Positions 47,461 to 60,937 of a stretch of 64,000 nt of DNA are shown here, piece by piece. Within the stretch, counting starts at the first letter, position 1, and every line of letters starts with the position of its first letter. This stretch comes from Camelus ferus (lineage: Eukaryota): the NCBI RefSeq assembly GCF_009834535.1, contig NC_045698.1, forward strand, positions 6,822,001-6,886,000, in the 5' to 3' direction. The translations under genes and the position numbers were made by a program. The notes beneath the pieces are model-generated. The model ran no database searches. It saw only the letters and a list, made by a program, of their open reading frames with translations, and was not told where the DNA came from.

Positions 47461-50400
47461 AATGCTTAATTTTGAAAGAGAGATGTTCTAGAATTTAAAC
47501 TAAATTTTTACTGCAAACAAAATCGAAGATTCTCAAGTGGTACCATCTTAGCATAGGTTTGAATTTTCAAAACCAGTGGTTAGAAATAATTTAAAAAGGG
47601 ATTGTAAGCTTGTTTGCTGTTCAACATTATGGAAAAGCTCATTCATAAAACAAAAAAGTTCTCAAACTTTTTCTACTCCTCCAAAAATCTCTCACTCCTA
47701 TAGCTTCTCCAGAGCTTCTCAAACATCAAACACCAAAAATGCTTCTTCAACCAAGCCTGTGACCACCTGCTTAGCCTCTTCTCACTTTCTGCTCTCTGAC
47801 ACTCTGTAATGAAGGTAAATGAAAGCTCTGTTTCTCTTCCCTCTACTTCCCAGGCTTTCTCTCTCTCTATCCATTCTCCAGATTCAAAGGTTTGCATCAC
47901 AAAACACCCAGGAACAGTTCTGAAAAATATAGAATTTTTCTTGGATCCCTGGAATTGGATTTTTAAAAGGTACAGTGAGAAAGAACTCACACATGATTAA
48001 GTTGTGAGATAGCCAGCCCAATAAAAGAGCGGCTTTTGTAGAATGTGATGTCATCATTGGAGAATGATCCAGCATGGTGGTCACCATTGGAGTGTAGACC
48101 CAAATACTGAAGTCTGCCTCCAAAAAAGGGCAAGAGTTAAGTGGATAAAAGGGTGATCAATAACTCAGAAAAACTGACCATGGCACAGTTCTGTGGCTGA
48201 CACTGGACACAATTTGAATTATTGATCATGTATGTCATATACATATTTTAGGCATAATACTCCAGATACTGAAAGAACAAAAAGGAATGAGTAGGAATGC
48301 TGACCACGTAACCCACTGGAGACTTGAGGTTATGTTGAGCCAGTAACAAAATCCCCTTTCAGGATTTTGAATGGAATAATGAAGCTTGGCAAATTCACAG
48401 GGAAATAGGGGGACGCATTTCATTCCTCCATCCAGCCATTGAAGGATCGTCATTGTTCACAGACAAGAGGAACATCAAAGCACCTCCCCTGCAAAGTGCC
48501 CAAGTGCCTACTCAGAGTGGTCACCTTAGTCATGTACAAAACAAAAAAACTCACTGGCTTAATGAACAACTTGCTCATGCAAAGTTATTGGTGGATCCAA
48601 CAAACCTTCAGGGCAGCTGTCCTCCAAGTATGGGGCTCAGCCTTCTAGGCTGCTCTGAACCTGTGTCTCCTCCCTAGTGCCCACAGCAGGGGAGAAAGTG
48701 CTGAGGGGTTCTGTGCTGGACAGCTCCCTCTGTCCTTCCAGAGCCCCTGGCCAGCATTTTGAAACCTGTTCAGAGTTGCAAGAGTCTGATCTGTGTGATC
48801 TTGTCCTCTGGTTCTCGTTGCATTTGACCACTGGGTTGCAGAAGCTGAGTGAGTTCAGTGTTATTCCTGCACTCACTGTCTGTGGGTCACGGCGGCCTGG
48901 CTGTATCCCTCTATTGATGACCAGAACTCTCTCTTTCTGTCTCCATTCGGATAACTGTCCCCTTCTCTTGTCTTTCAAGCCCAAGTGCTATAATGCCTCC
49001 CTCCTGTTACTACCCCCAGAGTGTGCACCATCCCTTGCTGCTTTCTTAAAACCTAGCCCACACCTCTGCCAACACTTTTACAAACTTAAAATCCAACTCA
49101 CTCCTTTAGTAAACTCTCTTCAACTACCCAAATTTTAAGTAATTTGGTCTGAAAATGGCCCACGTCCCATCCACTTGAAATCATTGACAGAATTAGTCAC
49201 ATGACCTGCTTCACTACAATAGGCCTGGGAAGTTTAATCCCCTCAATTACCCAGAAGAAAGTAGAACTCAATATTGGTGAAGACCAGAAGTCTTTATCAC
49301 AGAGGCCCAGCAATCGACGTAACGTGATTTACGTGATAATTAGAGAGAAAATGGTCACTTTGCCACTTTTATCATTAGAAACAGCACATAACTCATCACA
49401 ATTCCTTTCTGGTGTGATTGCAGACAGCTGGAGCAGCTCCAAAAGCAGTGATCAGATACAAAATTGCCAAATTAACCTCCAGTTGGCAATCAGATTGAGA
49501 TAGCTGTTTCCTCTCAGGTTAGAGAAGATTGACCATTAGCTCTTTAGAAAAATAAGCAAGGCAAGTCGCAGACCTTCTGCAGTATTGATCAGGTGTGCCC
49601 TCACATACAAAACGTTGCAGAGTGGCTTTCAAAGAGCTCATACACAACTGCCACAGAAAGGGCAGAAATACAATGCTATCTTTGAAGTACTTTGTCTGCT
49701 GATTGATTAAAACAACCAGACAGAGGTAGACATGATACCCAATCTTGAACAGATGTGCCGAGGGCATGAGGATGACTAAAGTATTAGAGTCAGGAGACCC
49801 CAGACCATGCTCTCCTAGGAACTGGCTGGATGCCCTTGTCCACATCTTCTTAGTCTGGTTTCTTATGTGCAAATTGAGACAACTGGATCAAGAGCTTTTT
49901 AACCTGTGATATATGGAAACATCATGAGAGTTGCTAAAACTGTGCAAATTTTGGAATATACTCATAGATGTGATTTTATTTTTCTTTTTTACAGAAAGGA
50001 TTCACAGGTTTCAAAAGACACCAAAATATCCTTTACCTCTCCTCTCAGGAAAAGGTTAAAACCAATGGAGTGCATGACCTCCAATGATTCTTCCAGATCT
50101 AACATTTGATGATCCTATTACCACTTCTGGTCAATATTATTGGTCAGATGACAAAACATATAACATGTTCTCATAAAATAATGAAATTGTCTTTGTATGG
50201 AGATAGCACGTAGTTGACCCTCTAAGTATGTAACTGTGAATCTGAATCTAATTTTTTTTAAATTTTTGAACATGCCATCTTCAGAAGGTCATGGAAACAT
50301 CTGTAATGATATTTTCTATTTCTTTTTCCATTGCTTACTCAGTGATGAGTCCTTCACTTGTTTTAATTTCATATTTTGATTATACTCTTAGTGACTCTAT

Positions 50401-51949
50401 ATAGAACAAGAGGTTGACAATAATTTCTTCCAAATGAAGTTAGAGGACACACTTTAGTTAAACTACTCAGCTTTGAGCCAAGATCCTAAAACACCTATTT
50501 AAATAACTAGTAACGGTTCTGCACAAACGCTTGTCCAAAGAATAAACTTTAAAATGGTTATGAGCAGCTCTTAATGGACCAAATTTTCTAACTTACATGT
50601 CCTAAGGTCCCTATGCCTCGGCTCTCAGCTTCACTGTCCAGTTGGTTTAATCAGCCATAGGTTCAGGTTTACTTGCATTTTAATTGGCTCCTTGACGGAT
50701 CGTGCACTGACTACTTGGTAGTACATTTACAGATAATCTTACAAAGTCTTCCTTTCTGCCAACTTCAATTTGCCCATAGAAACCAATCTTAGAAGGTTTG
50801 TGATGTCAGAGTATTATGGTTGGTAGCTTCCCAAGGAAACAAGGGAAAGAGGAAAATATTTAATATGACTCAAAAGCATGATTAATACCCACAGGCATAC
50901 ATCAGAGATTGAACATCTTTTTTTTTTTTTTAAACAGTGCTTTGTGCTCAGTTAAGAACATTTTCCATCCTAGCAAAATTAGAGTGTGTTTGGGGTGAGG
51001 CTGACTACATCTTCAGTCTTGAGACAGGGATTTCAATGTGCAGATTCTCACAAAGACAGCTGAGTGTGTGTCCTGTTAGCCAGTGTCCCGTCAGTCAAGG
51101 TTAGCTTTTGGCAATGGCCAAAAATAAGGATGAGGGACTCCCGTCCTCAGTGTTATAGCCTCAGGACCCTCACAGGCACACACACTGTTGTGTGCTTGAA
51201 CACACAACTCCCACTTAGGGATTCTTAGTTGAGATATCAGCATTAAATTCTTGTCCAGTGCTGTCTTCCTATAATTTCCACTTTAGGTTTTAAAATTTTT
51301 TTTGGATGAGACATGGGATTGGTCAGGTGGGCTAATTCCAAAGATTATGGTTCGTTAGCCTAATTCTGCATATCTGAAAAGCAGAATTATCAAGCGTGCT
51401 CCAAACATGGACTCAGAAACAGACAAATCCAATGAGCTGCTTGGTGTTCGATGAACGACATGAACCAGACAGACTGTTAGAAAATGGTGTTTTGAAAGGA
51501 TCATTTTCAAGTTCACAAAATCACAACTGTTGTACAAGATAAAACAAACATATGCAACTGATTTGAAGAAGAATCTTAAGACCAAATTATCTCTAGAACA
51601 TCTAAAATGCTGAATGTGCCGATATATGCAAAACTAGGCACAAAATGTAATCTTTGTAATGATGTTTGGATCATCTTTTCTACAGGGTAGAAATCAATTG
51701 TATTGCTGCTGACAAAATTCATCTGCATTTCTGCAGGCAAGAGTTGTTCGCATTTCGACCAGGCTTCTACTACTTACAGAGCTGTGATACTGCCTAGACA
51801 AAGGCGATCAAAGGTGCATCCCTCTGTAGAGTTAAAGAGCCCTGGACGACCTGCTAGACAATTTCCAGCACTCTGTTTAAAAGGACAACCTTAACAGTCT
51901 TTCAAAAATTTTCCCAACAGATCTGTCCTGAGACTCAGAAACACTATCT

Positions 51950-54900
51950 CCTAATACTATGCTTGATGGTGAGAGTGCTGGTCTCGCTGGGTTTGGCCTT
52001 TTTTCTTTAGGTGCTGCAAGAGTGCTAATTAACCATGCATTTGCTTTGTAAATTGAAAATCATGAGTTCGGAGCTACCACTAAGGCCACAGAATTAACTT
52101 CTATCTGGAAGTTTTCATAAGGAGATTTCCATATTTTCACAAGCAGATTGAATTTTATTTTTCAAAGCCTCTATCAATTGCTGTCCAGAAGCTAGGAAAC
52201 CACCTCAAAGAAACTCTCTCCACCAGATGTCATTTGCTGTATCTGCAAATTGGGGTGAACTTCAATGTCCCCAAAACTTGCTAAGTTTCTTCGTCTGTCA
52301 GGAAGTGACCTTCCTCAGCCATCAGTAAGGCCAGGACTGTAAATCAGGTTAACCCTAATGGATAACCTTTTTTCTTTAAAATACCTTGTGACTGGTGACT
52401 CCTGATTAAATAACAGTTCTTTTCAAATATGATACCCCTTGAATGGCCTTGGTTGCACAATCTAATTATACTCTGGTAAAAAATGGGGACAGATTTGCAG
52501 TAAACCTCTATAAATAATGATATTGGCATGAAAAGAATCCTTAAGAACTGGTGAGTCCTGAGGGTTGATTGAGAGGGATATGATTTCTAAATGTCTTATT
52601 TCCCTTTACAGAAGCAGAGTCAACTTAATCGTTCATGATGACTCAGAAAGAAAGAAAGGGCTCTTAATATAAACATAGAATTCCACACAACCAATCACAA
52701 CAAAATTTCTGTCATCGGTTCATTCATTCTCTTCTTCGGCTGGGACATGTGTCAGCAGCCTGTTTCCTGAAGCCATCTGGGTCCAGACTAAAAAGAGTCT
52801 TGGAGCTCCTGCCTTAGTCCAGTGGTCGAATTTGACAGCCTTTAAATGATGTCAGTTCAGAAACCTGTACCCAAGCATCTCTACTTTGAAGAATCAACAG
52901 ATCAAAGTATTTGCTGCTATAGCCCTTTCCATGAGGATCGAAGACTAAAGGCAAACCTTCCACTGGTACCTTATAGTAGAGCCTCAGAGTAAAACCAAAA
53001 TTATCTATAGATGACAAAGACTTAGTGATTACCATCATCTACAATATCAGAATGCAGGAAGGTAACTCCCTTTTGGAGTGCAGTACCTAATTATATCGTA
53101 AGGGTTGGATCAGTGCATCCCCTGAGAGTAAGATAAACCTCCAGTGTCTTCTCGTAAGGCACACACTGTCTGGAATACTTATCTTAATAACATTGTATCT
53201 CAACAAACTCAAGAGAAGGCTAAACATCTCTTCTGATTTGATGTCTTTTCCCACGTAGCCCTTGTGATAGCCCTGAGCTAATTTACGAGATACATAGCAC
53301 GTTAGACAAATTTAATTATTTCTAGTGTTTCTCTTTTTACAAGGTAAAAAATAAATAAATCTTGGAGATTGCCCTGGGGCCTTTGTGAAATCTCAAACAG
53401 TTTTGGGTGTAAAAGATATCCTGAAGTTTTTATTTAATTTTTTCTAAATATAGGAGCCAGCCTTTGTAAGGCAAAATCAAAACAGCTGTCAGAGATTTTA
53501 GGCACTTGATTTGGATTAGATCGTAGATCTGAGAACCAACTGCATGGTGACCTGTTTAATCAAAGTAACAACAAAATGTTTTGAAATACACATAAAAGGC
53601 AATAAACTCGTAAAGAACCTCACCTATTTCACAAATGAGAAAACTTTGTTCTTTAGGGTTTTTTTTTAAACAATCAAGGACATAATAAAGTCAACATAAA
53701 GCATAAAAAAATTATTCTGGTAGACACAGGTTCTCTGCTATGTAGACAGATTTTGCAAAAGGTAAAAGAATATTGTTTCATCTTGTAAGCAAAAGCATTA
53801 TTCAGTAAACCAATGAAACCAATCCATCAAAAATGAGCAAACTTGGCTAAAATTTTAGCTTATTTTATGCCTTCTTTTCAGATTCAGTTGTTATAAACCA
53901 AATCAAACAAAATTTATTTTTCAGGTCTTGTTTTTTTCAAGTTTTTCCTATTCTGGAAGGAACTGACTCTTACATTAGAACAAAACTACTCTTTTTCCTT
54001 AGAAAATAAAGGAACACACCCACTTGCATTGCTCTCTCATCATCATTGTTGTCTTGCCTCAACTTGTGTGTCAGTTAGGGCTCCCGACCAAGGTGAGAAT
54101 TTTCCACTTCATAGAGAAGACTAGAGAATATGTGACTGAGAACAGTCTGTCATCCTGCACTTTTTTAGCAGAATAATATAGCTTGTGAACATATTTAACA
54201 CAGCTTTCTACAGCCGCATGCATCCCTTTTAGAACTTCTTAAGGTGGCAAAAATGAACACATTCATTAACATGATCCAAAGATACAGACTCTTAGAGCAT
54301 ATAGACATATGATGCTTAAAGTTATGCTTAGACATTAATATTTCAGTATTCCACATCACTTAGAAAATAGGTATCCAAGAATTATCGATTAATTTGCTCC
54401 ATTTAATGTCAATTTAAAGCTTTAAATTACCTAAAGAGCTTGGAAATTATGTTTAAGCTGACATATTACAAAACATAATTACTATTGATATAAAAACTTT
54501 GTTGCAATAATGATTCAATTTAGTTGAGCACAAATTACTTTTCATAATCTTATCATTGTGTGGTATTATTATTAGCTTATTTGATCATGAAACCTGCATA
54601 ATTTTAGGAAATTCAGACTGACTGTTCTCCTCATGAATGAGTAAATCAACCAAGTAAGATAACATATATACTTACATAGAGTTAATACTGGCAAGTCAGA
54701 CAAAAAACAGGTCCATTTTGAAAACTGTAATTATTAAACCAGTCCAATTTGCCAAATCTATATCTTAATTATGTACACTTGGGTTCTTAAAATGTTTCTG
54801 ATCTAGTGGAATAATTTTTAAGGTAACTCAAATTACTAGAAATTCAATTTTATTGCTTTAGGGAATTTTATGAAGGTTTATTTATATACGTTTATCTCTA

Positions 54901-55540
54901 TAAACGATCAGAAGAGTGCTTCTTTTGTGCTTCTGATTCATTAGCACCCTCTAGAGACAGGGGAAAAACACAGGAAAGAAAAATGCCTTTCTCAATTACA
55001 GACACAGTCATGCAGACATCAAGGCATGTGGAGAACTTACAGCTTCAGATCTACAACAGCTGCCCCAAAGGTAAACACAGACACACAAAAACTCTGTGGC
55101 CCGCATCTTAAAGCTTGTTCCTCTCAGAAATTCTTAATTGATTAGAGTTCAAAATAGACAAATGAACAAAAAGGACTAAAAATATGAATTCCCTGTTGTC
55201 TGTCATCCAAAAGAGAAGAGATCACTATTCTCTGTCTATAGAAATTAATAAACCATAGAGGATAGAACTAAATTTTCAATAACTGCTGACTCCAATGGGG
55301 AATAAATTAGCTTCTATGTGAAGTACCTGTGTGAACCAAAGACAGAACACAAAATCAGGGAAAAAGAAGACAATGAAACAGAGCACCAACAATATTAAAA
55401 TTCAATAGTCACTTGGAACTCAGACTAGAAGCCAAGAAAAAAAACCACAAAAACACTGAGGCTTAAGCCGCCTCAGATGTGTGCTTCTCCAGCAAGACAG
55501 TTGTCGGGTAAATCCTGACATCTCATTGGGACCTCCAAAC
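51950..55540 (-). mobile_element. decayed ERV1 internal region (MER4/MER34-group-like), non-coding
   Basis: tRNA-Gln-type PBS at 55520-55537 (-); integrase C-terminal remnant (W-K-G at 52923-52931, DAWVQVS nearby) with stops and frameshifts; long AT-rich internal tract; left boundary uncertain. Confidence 0.75.
55520..55537 (-). promoter_or_regulatory. retroviral primer-binding site, tRNA-Gln type
   Basis: minus strand TGGAGGTCCCAATGAGAT; 16/18 match to the complement of the mammalian tRNA-Gln(TTG) 3' end (ATCTCGGTGGGACCTCCA). Confidence 0.7.
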
Positions 55541-56734
55541 TAGCAAAGAATCCTTTTCAAATAGTAAAAACCATGGTTCTCCCATGAACATAAAGTAAAC
55601 AAATGTGAAGGATTTTAAATTCCTCATCAATTAATGAGGGAACTCTGATATTTAAGCATGTGTGCCTGGGATGTTTAGCTGGAGTTGGCGGACCACATCA
55701 TTTCACACAGCTCCCCCGGGTCAAAGACGTGGAGGCGGACAGAGGTGACACAATTCTCTAATCCTATTGGTGGACCATCGTATCTGTCACAGGCTCTCTG
55801 TAACTCTACAGTCATTATAGACATTCATTATTTAAAATTTGGTTTGTGTAACTGTTAAAATGCAGTCAAAGTTTAGTTGGCTAGATAAGTTGGATGGCCA
55901 AGCTGAGCAGTCATCTTCAGTGTTCTGGGCAGCACATCGTCGTACAAGGAGGCTGAAACTGTGGGCTGTTTCCAGCACGGACACTGACCAGCTGCGCTGC
56001 CCGCTCTAGAGGTCCAGTATCTCATCCATAAAATGAAGAGTGAGGATGGATGTGCTCCGAACGCCTTTCCAGCTCCAAGGTCGATGGCAATGTTCTCAGC
56101 GAAAGGTCAACAGGCCCCTGCACTGTGCTCACCCTGGATGCTTGAACAATCAATAATTTTCTGATGTGTTATGTTTACTGATAAATAACTTGGCCTGAAA
56201 TGCCTTTCATGCTTGGTTAGGGTAATTCTCTCAGTATCAGCAAGTCCAAAGTATTTCTGTCATAACTGTAAACAAACTTATCCTAGGTGTGTTAAGACAT
56301 ATTCTTGGGTACTCTGTACATCTTTCAAGCCCTTAAAAATCTGAAGGCTAATCTAAACTGGCATGTTTTAGATTATTCAAGAAGAAAAATAATGACTTTT
56401 AATACTAGTCTTTTAGGTTTTATGAAGCTTTTGATGGGGTATAATAGCACATATCATAAACACTGACAAAATTTTGAAAGTTCTTTTTAATAAAATATAA
56501 AATACTCAATATCTACATCCAAGTCAGGCATGAAAAATCAGTGTTTAACACTGGATGTTTCATGTTTTATGTTCATATTATAATGTTTAAAATGCAAGTA
56601 TAACATTTAAATATTTGTCAACTTGGTTTTACAACAATAGGTCTTAAATTACTAAGCTTTATTTATTCATATGTTCTCATACTTTTTCCAATGACTGTAA
56701 GGAATTACTTATGATATATTAAAAACTCCCTTAA

Positions 56735-56870
56735 ACACCTTCCAAAATAATAATAATTTCTGGTCCCCTCCATAGACACACCAAGTAGAATTGGGGTGAG
56801 ATCCAGAAGTCTGCATTTTAAATAATACCCATATTATTCTTATATAAACTGAAGTTTGAAAGTCATTAGT
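56735..56870. mobile_element. MER5-like hAT-Charlie fragment
   Basis: TTTCTGGTCCCCTCC...GGGGTGAGATCCAGAAGTCTGCATTTTAAATAATACCC...AAGTTTGAAAGTCATT. Confidence 0.55.
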
Positions 56871-57177
56871 GTATGGAATTTTTCCCCTGGGGGAAAAACA
56901 GTTATGATTGAAAACTAATTTTTTAAGTTTTCTGGTAAATGATTACATTACTCGGTCCCTTCAAAGCAAGGTCACTCATATTGAAACTTTTCTGGGATGA
57001 TGTTAAGAAGAAACCAGGTTTGTCACTATTTTTAAAGTGGTAGTTTACCGCAATTTATTATACATGGCATAACATTTAGAGTGTATGCTCAGCTTCACCA
57101 AAAAGCAGCTGTGAACTAACATGCAGTTCCCATTACTCATTCCTATTGCCTTTCGCTTCCTTTTTCCTTATCAATTA

Positions 57178-58320
57178 TTTAAAGAAAATTAGTAAAACCA
57201 GAAGCTGGTTCTTTGAAAAAAAATCAATAAACTCAATAAACCTCTCACCATACTAACTGACACAAAGCAAAAAAAGACACAAATTACCAATAGCTGGAAT
57301 GAAAGAGGAGTCATCACTACTGACCCCATGGGCATTAAAAAGTTAACAAAATTCTATGATTAATACTATGCCAGTGAATTTTCTAGCTTAGATGAAATTC
57401 CTTGCAAAACACAAACTACCAAAACTTAACACAAGAAGTTTTTAAAATAAGCTTATATTTATTGAAGAAATTAAATTAATAACTGATAACCTTCCAAAAT
57501 AGAAAGCACCAGACCAGACGGGTTCATGATGAATTCCACCAAGCACTTAAGGAAGAAGTAATATCAATTCTCTACAAACTCTTCTAGAAGATAGAATTAG
57601 AGGAAACACTTTCAAACTCATGCCCTGAGGACAGCATTACCATAATATCAAAACCAAAGACATTACAAGAAAGGAAAACTACAGGCTAGTATTTATCATA
57701 AACACAGATTTAAAAATCCTTTCTAAAAAGTAGCAAATGAATTCCAACAATGTATAAAAATAATTAGACATTACAATCAAGTGGGAAATAGTTTTAAGTA
57801 TGCAAAGCTGTTTCAACATTCAAAAATCAATCACTGTAAATCACCATGTCAGTAGATTAAAGGAGAAAAATCATATAATCATGTTAATTGATGCAGAAAA
57901 AGGCATTAAAACTTTCAGCACCCAGCCATGGTAAAAAAAAATATCAGCACACAGAAAAGAGAGAGGAACTTTCTCAACTGTGTTTAAAAACCTCCAAAAC
58001 CAAGTAGCTGACATTATACTTAATGGTGAGAGACGAGATGCTTTCCTCTAAAGACTGGGGGAAAGGTAAGATGTCTTCTCTCATCATTCTTATTAGATGC
58101 CATACTAGAAATTGTAAGTAGTGCAATAAAACAAGAAAAATAAATAAAAGTTATACCGGTTGGAAAGGAAGAAAAAAAAAAACCATCTTTATTTGAAGGT
58201 ATGATTGTCTATGCAGAAAATTCCAAAGAATCTACAAAATAACTCCTGGAACTAATAAGAGAATATAACAGAGTCAAAGGATAGAACATTAACACACAAA
58301 AGGCAATTGCTTCCTTGTAA
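57178..58320 (+). mobile_element. LINE-1 ORF2 fragment (linker and reverse-transcriptase N-terminal region), frame-disrupted
   Basis: AAGCTGGTTCTTTGAAAAAA (SWFFEK), GCACCAGACCCAGACGGGTTC (PGPDGF-like), GAAAACTACAGGCTAGTA (ENYRPI-like), ATTGATGCAGAAAAAGGCATT (IDAEKA-like). Confidence 0.92.
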
Positions 58321-60922
58321 ATGGTTTATCTTTCATTGTGGAAAAAAGTTAATCCAAATAAATGGATATTGCCACTCTGAGAAGATTGCAGCCAAATTAA
58401 GGAGAAAAAAATACTCTTAACCCCTGGGGAATTAATAATCTTCTGAAAAAGTAGCACCACACATGCTTTTTTAAAAATTACTTTGTTTATTTTAGATTTT
58501 CCTAGGAGTTGGATGAGAGAAAGGATTCTACTGAAAAGTCAGGTATTAAATTGTAATGACCTAAATAGAGAAGATGGTCCTGATGGTTATACTCTAATAA
58601 CAGGAAAAAAAAGCTGTATAGTTTGATGAAAGAAAATGAGGATTTATCTTTCTTTTCTACAAATGATAAAATGGAAGACCTAAATCTCTATGCTACTTCA
58701 AAAGTTCAGAAGGATAGAGGAAATGTTTGCAAAATAATTCTGATAATTTCTTCTTTTTTTTAAACAAGAACTATTTGTCATTTTCTCTAAACTCCATCTG
58801 CCTCTTGAAACATTTTTATATAGATGTTTAGTACTTTTGCTCAGTTATCCAGTGGGTTACGATTCTCTGAGCCTGCTCCCTCTGACGATTGTGTGTGTAA
58901 CAGCAATTACTACTCTGTTACTGGACAGCCCCCTAATTGCTGCAATGAAACCAGGCATAAATGTTCAGACCACATCCTAGCCTGGCTCCAGACAGTTTTG
59001 GTTTATGAAGCCCATTTTACCCAGCTTTTTGTGGAGCTCCACTGAACAGTTTTCCAGAACCCTGACATCAAAGAAAATCTCCAAATCCTGGAGCTAGTTC
59101 CATGTGCTTCTCCAGAGAGGTGCAGCGGTAGGAGCCTGCAAGACTTTTAAATGGCATTTTTTTTTTAGGCTGGTTCACATGGGTCCCCATGAGACTTGCA
59201 CCACCCACCATCATTTTTCTGAATACTCAGACCCTCAAAGACCCAAAAAAAATTCATCAAAGCACCACATCCCCCTATTCCATCATGAGACTGTTGAGAC
59301 CCTTTCTTTAGCCTCACGTTGTTAATGATAGAAGAATATCCTGTCTAAATTCCTTCCACCCTTACCAAGCAGGCTGGAGCTAACAAGGATGGCTCTCCAG
59401 CCTACCCAGCACTCCTTTCACCGTTCCCACACCCACCTACGCGACCCCCAAAATGAAAGAACCTAAGAAGCAAAATGTCTATTCAAGGGAATTTGTACAC
59501 CTAAAGGTACAAAACGGGATATTATACGTTTTATATCTTTCAGGAGAATCAAAAGACCGCAATCTTGGATTATTACAATTACTAAAACCTAGTTTATATC
59601 ACCAGCTTCACAGAGAATAAAAAATACATTGCGTTTCACAGCATTTCAAACTAAATTATATTGCTGGTAATGCATCCTTCCCCACCCACAACAAAAACAC
59701 CATTTGTGTTACTACGTGCGTAAGTGTGTCAGTGTGCTGTAACAGAGATGGTACATTGTCCTGGGAGCGTTCATGTTTCCGGAACAGGTTTCTGTGTGAA
59801 AGCTGGCAGTGATCTGAATCTTTTCCTTTCATTCCCCGTAAAGCTGCTAACAAATCTAGGCTTGACACCTGCTTGTTAGAATTCAGGAAGGAAAGGGTGG
59901 CAAACTTCACACTACTTGGGGAGAGGATCTCTTTCAGAAACACCCTTCTGGCAACGGAGAATGATTTGCAGTTTGTAAGAGTTCCTTGTCTCTAACCTTA
60001 TACAGGAAATATTTCCTCTGGGACAAGGCACTTTGCCTAAATTGGAAACAGAAAGATTTCTCTTCGGGGAATTCCTATCAAAGAGAAGGAAAAAACATGT
60101 CCCATTGCCATTTCTCAATGGAATTCTCTTCTAGAAACACTCATCAAGATAACAAAAGATAACATTCCAGGAAGCCTCATTACACAGGGCCACTTCAGAG
60201 AAAAGTATGCATGGATTTGTGACAACAGAAGGTAACCACTGAAGCGTGGGTATAAATTCACGTCTGCTCTTCCTCAGTGATGTCCCTATCAAAACCTTGT
60301 TTAAGCTTAACCTTAGGAGAATTCGTTGTGTAGGATTTAAAATAAACTGAAGAAGTAGAATTGAGAAACTCACCAAAAAAGAGGTGTGAGAAATATTCTG
60401 TAAGAGAGAAAACAGCAGTGCCAGCATTCACTCTATGACTCCGTGAAGCCCAGAGAAACCTGGAAAAGGAAGCAATGAGGAGCGATCGTCTACAGATGGG
60501 CCAGATGTGCAGCGACATCTGAAAACCTGCGCTGCCGCGGGGCAGGCAGGGAGGGAAGTGGGAATCCAGAGAACAAAGGGAAGCACAGGAAGGCAGCAGG
60601 TACCAAGCAGGGGGAGCCGCGGCGTGCGGCAGAGAACTGAAGCCATCAAAACCACGGTGACGGGGCTTCGGACTCCGCCAGGAACAAGGCAGTCGGAAAT
60701 AAACCTGAAACAGACGGTTTTCAGACGAATTGCCGAGTGCGCCTAACCAACCTAGGGCATCGCTGCCCAGCTGGTAAAACAATGTGGAAAATGAAAGTGG
60801 GTGTTTGTGGAAATTCAAAACGGGAAATAGCACAAGACTCCCATCACTTCACAGTTTAGGGAGGATGAAAGAGAAGATACAAAAGACTGAAGGGAAAATC
60901 GAAATGACCTCGTAGCCTTTAT

Positions 60923-60937
60923 CCCCCCCCCCCCCCC
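60923..60937. repeat. C15 homopolymer
   Basis: directly visible. Confidence 0.9.

Noticed and set aside
60258..60833. 191-aa minus-strand ORF, the longest in the track
   Set aside because: Non-ATG start, no recognisable homology, and GC-rich sequence depleted of stops; only the splice signals and CpG content were kept as findings.
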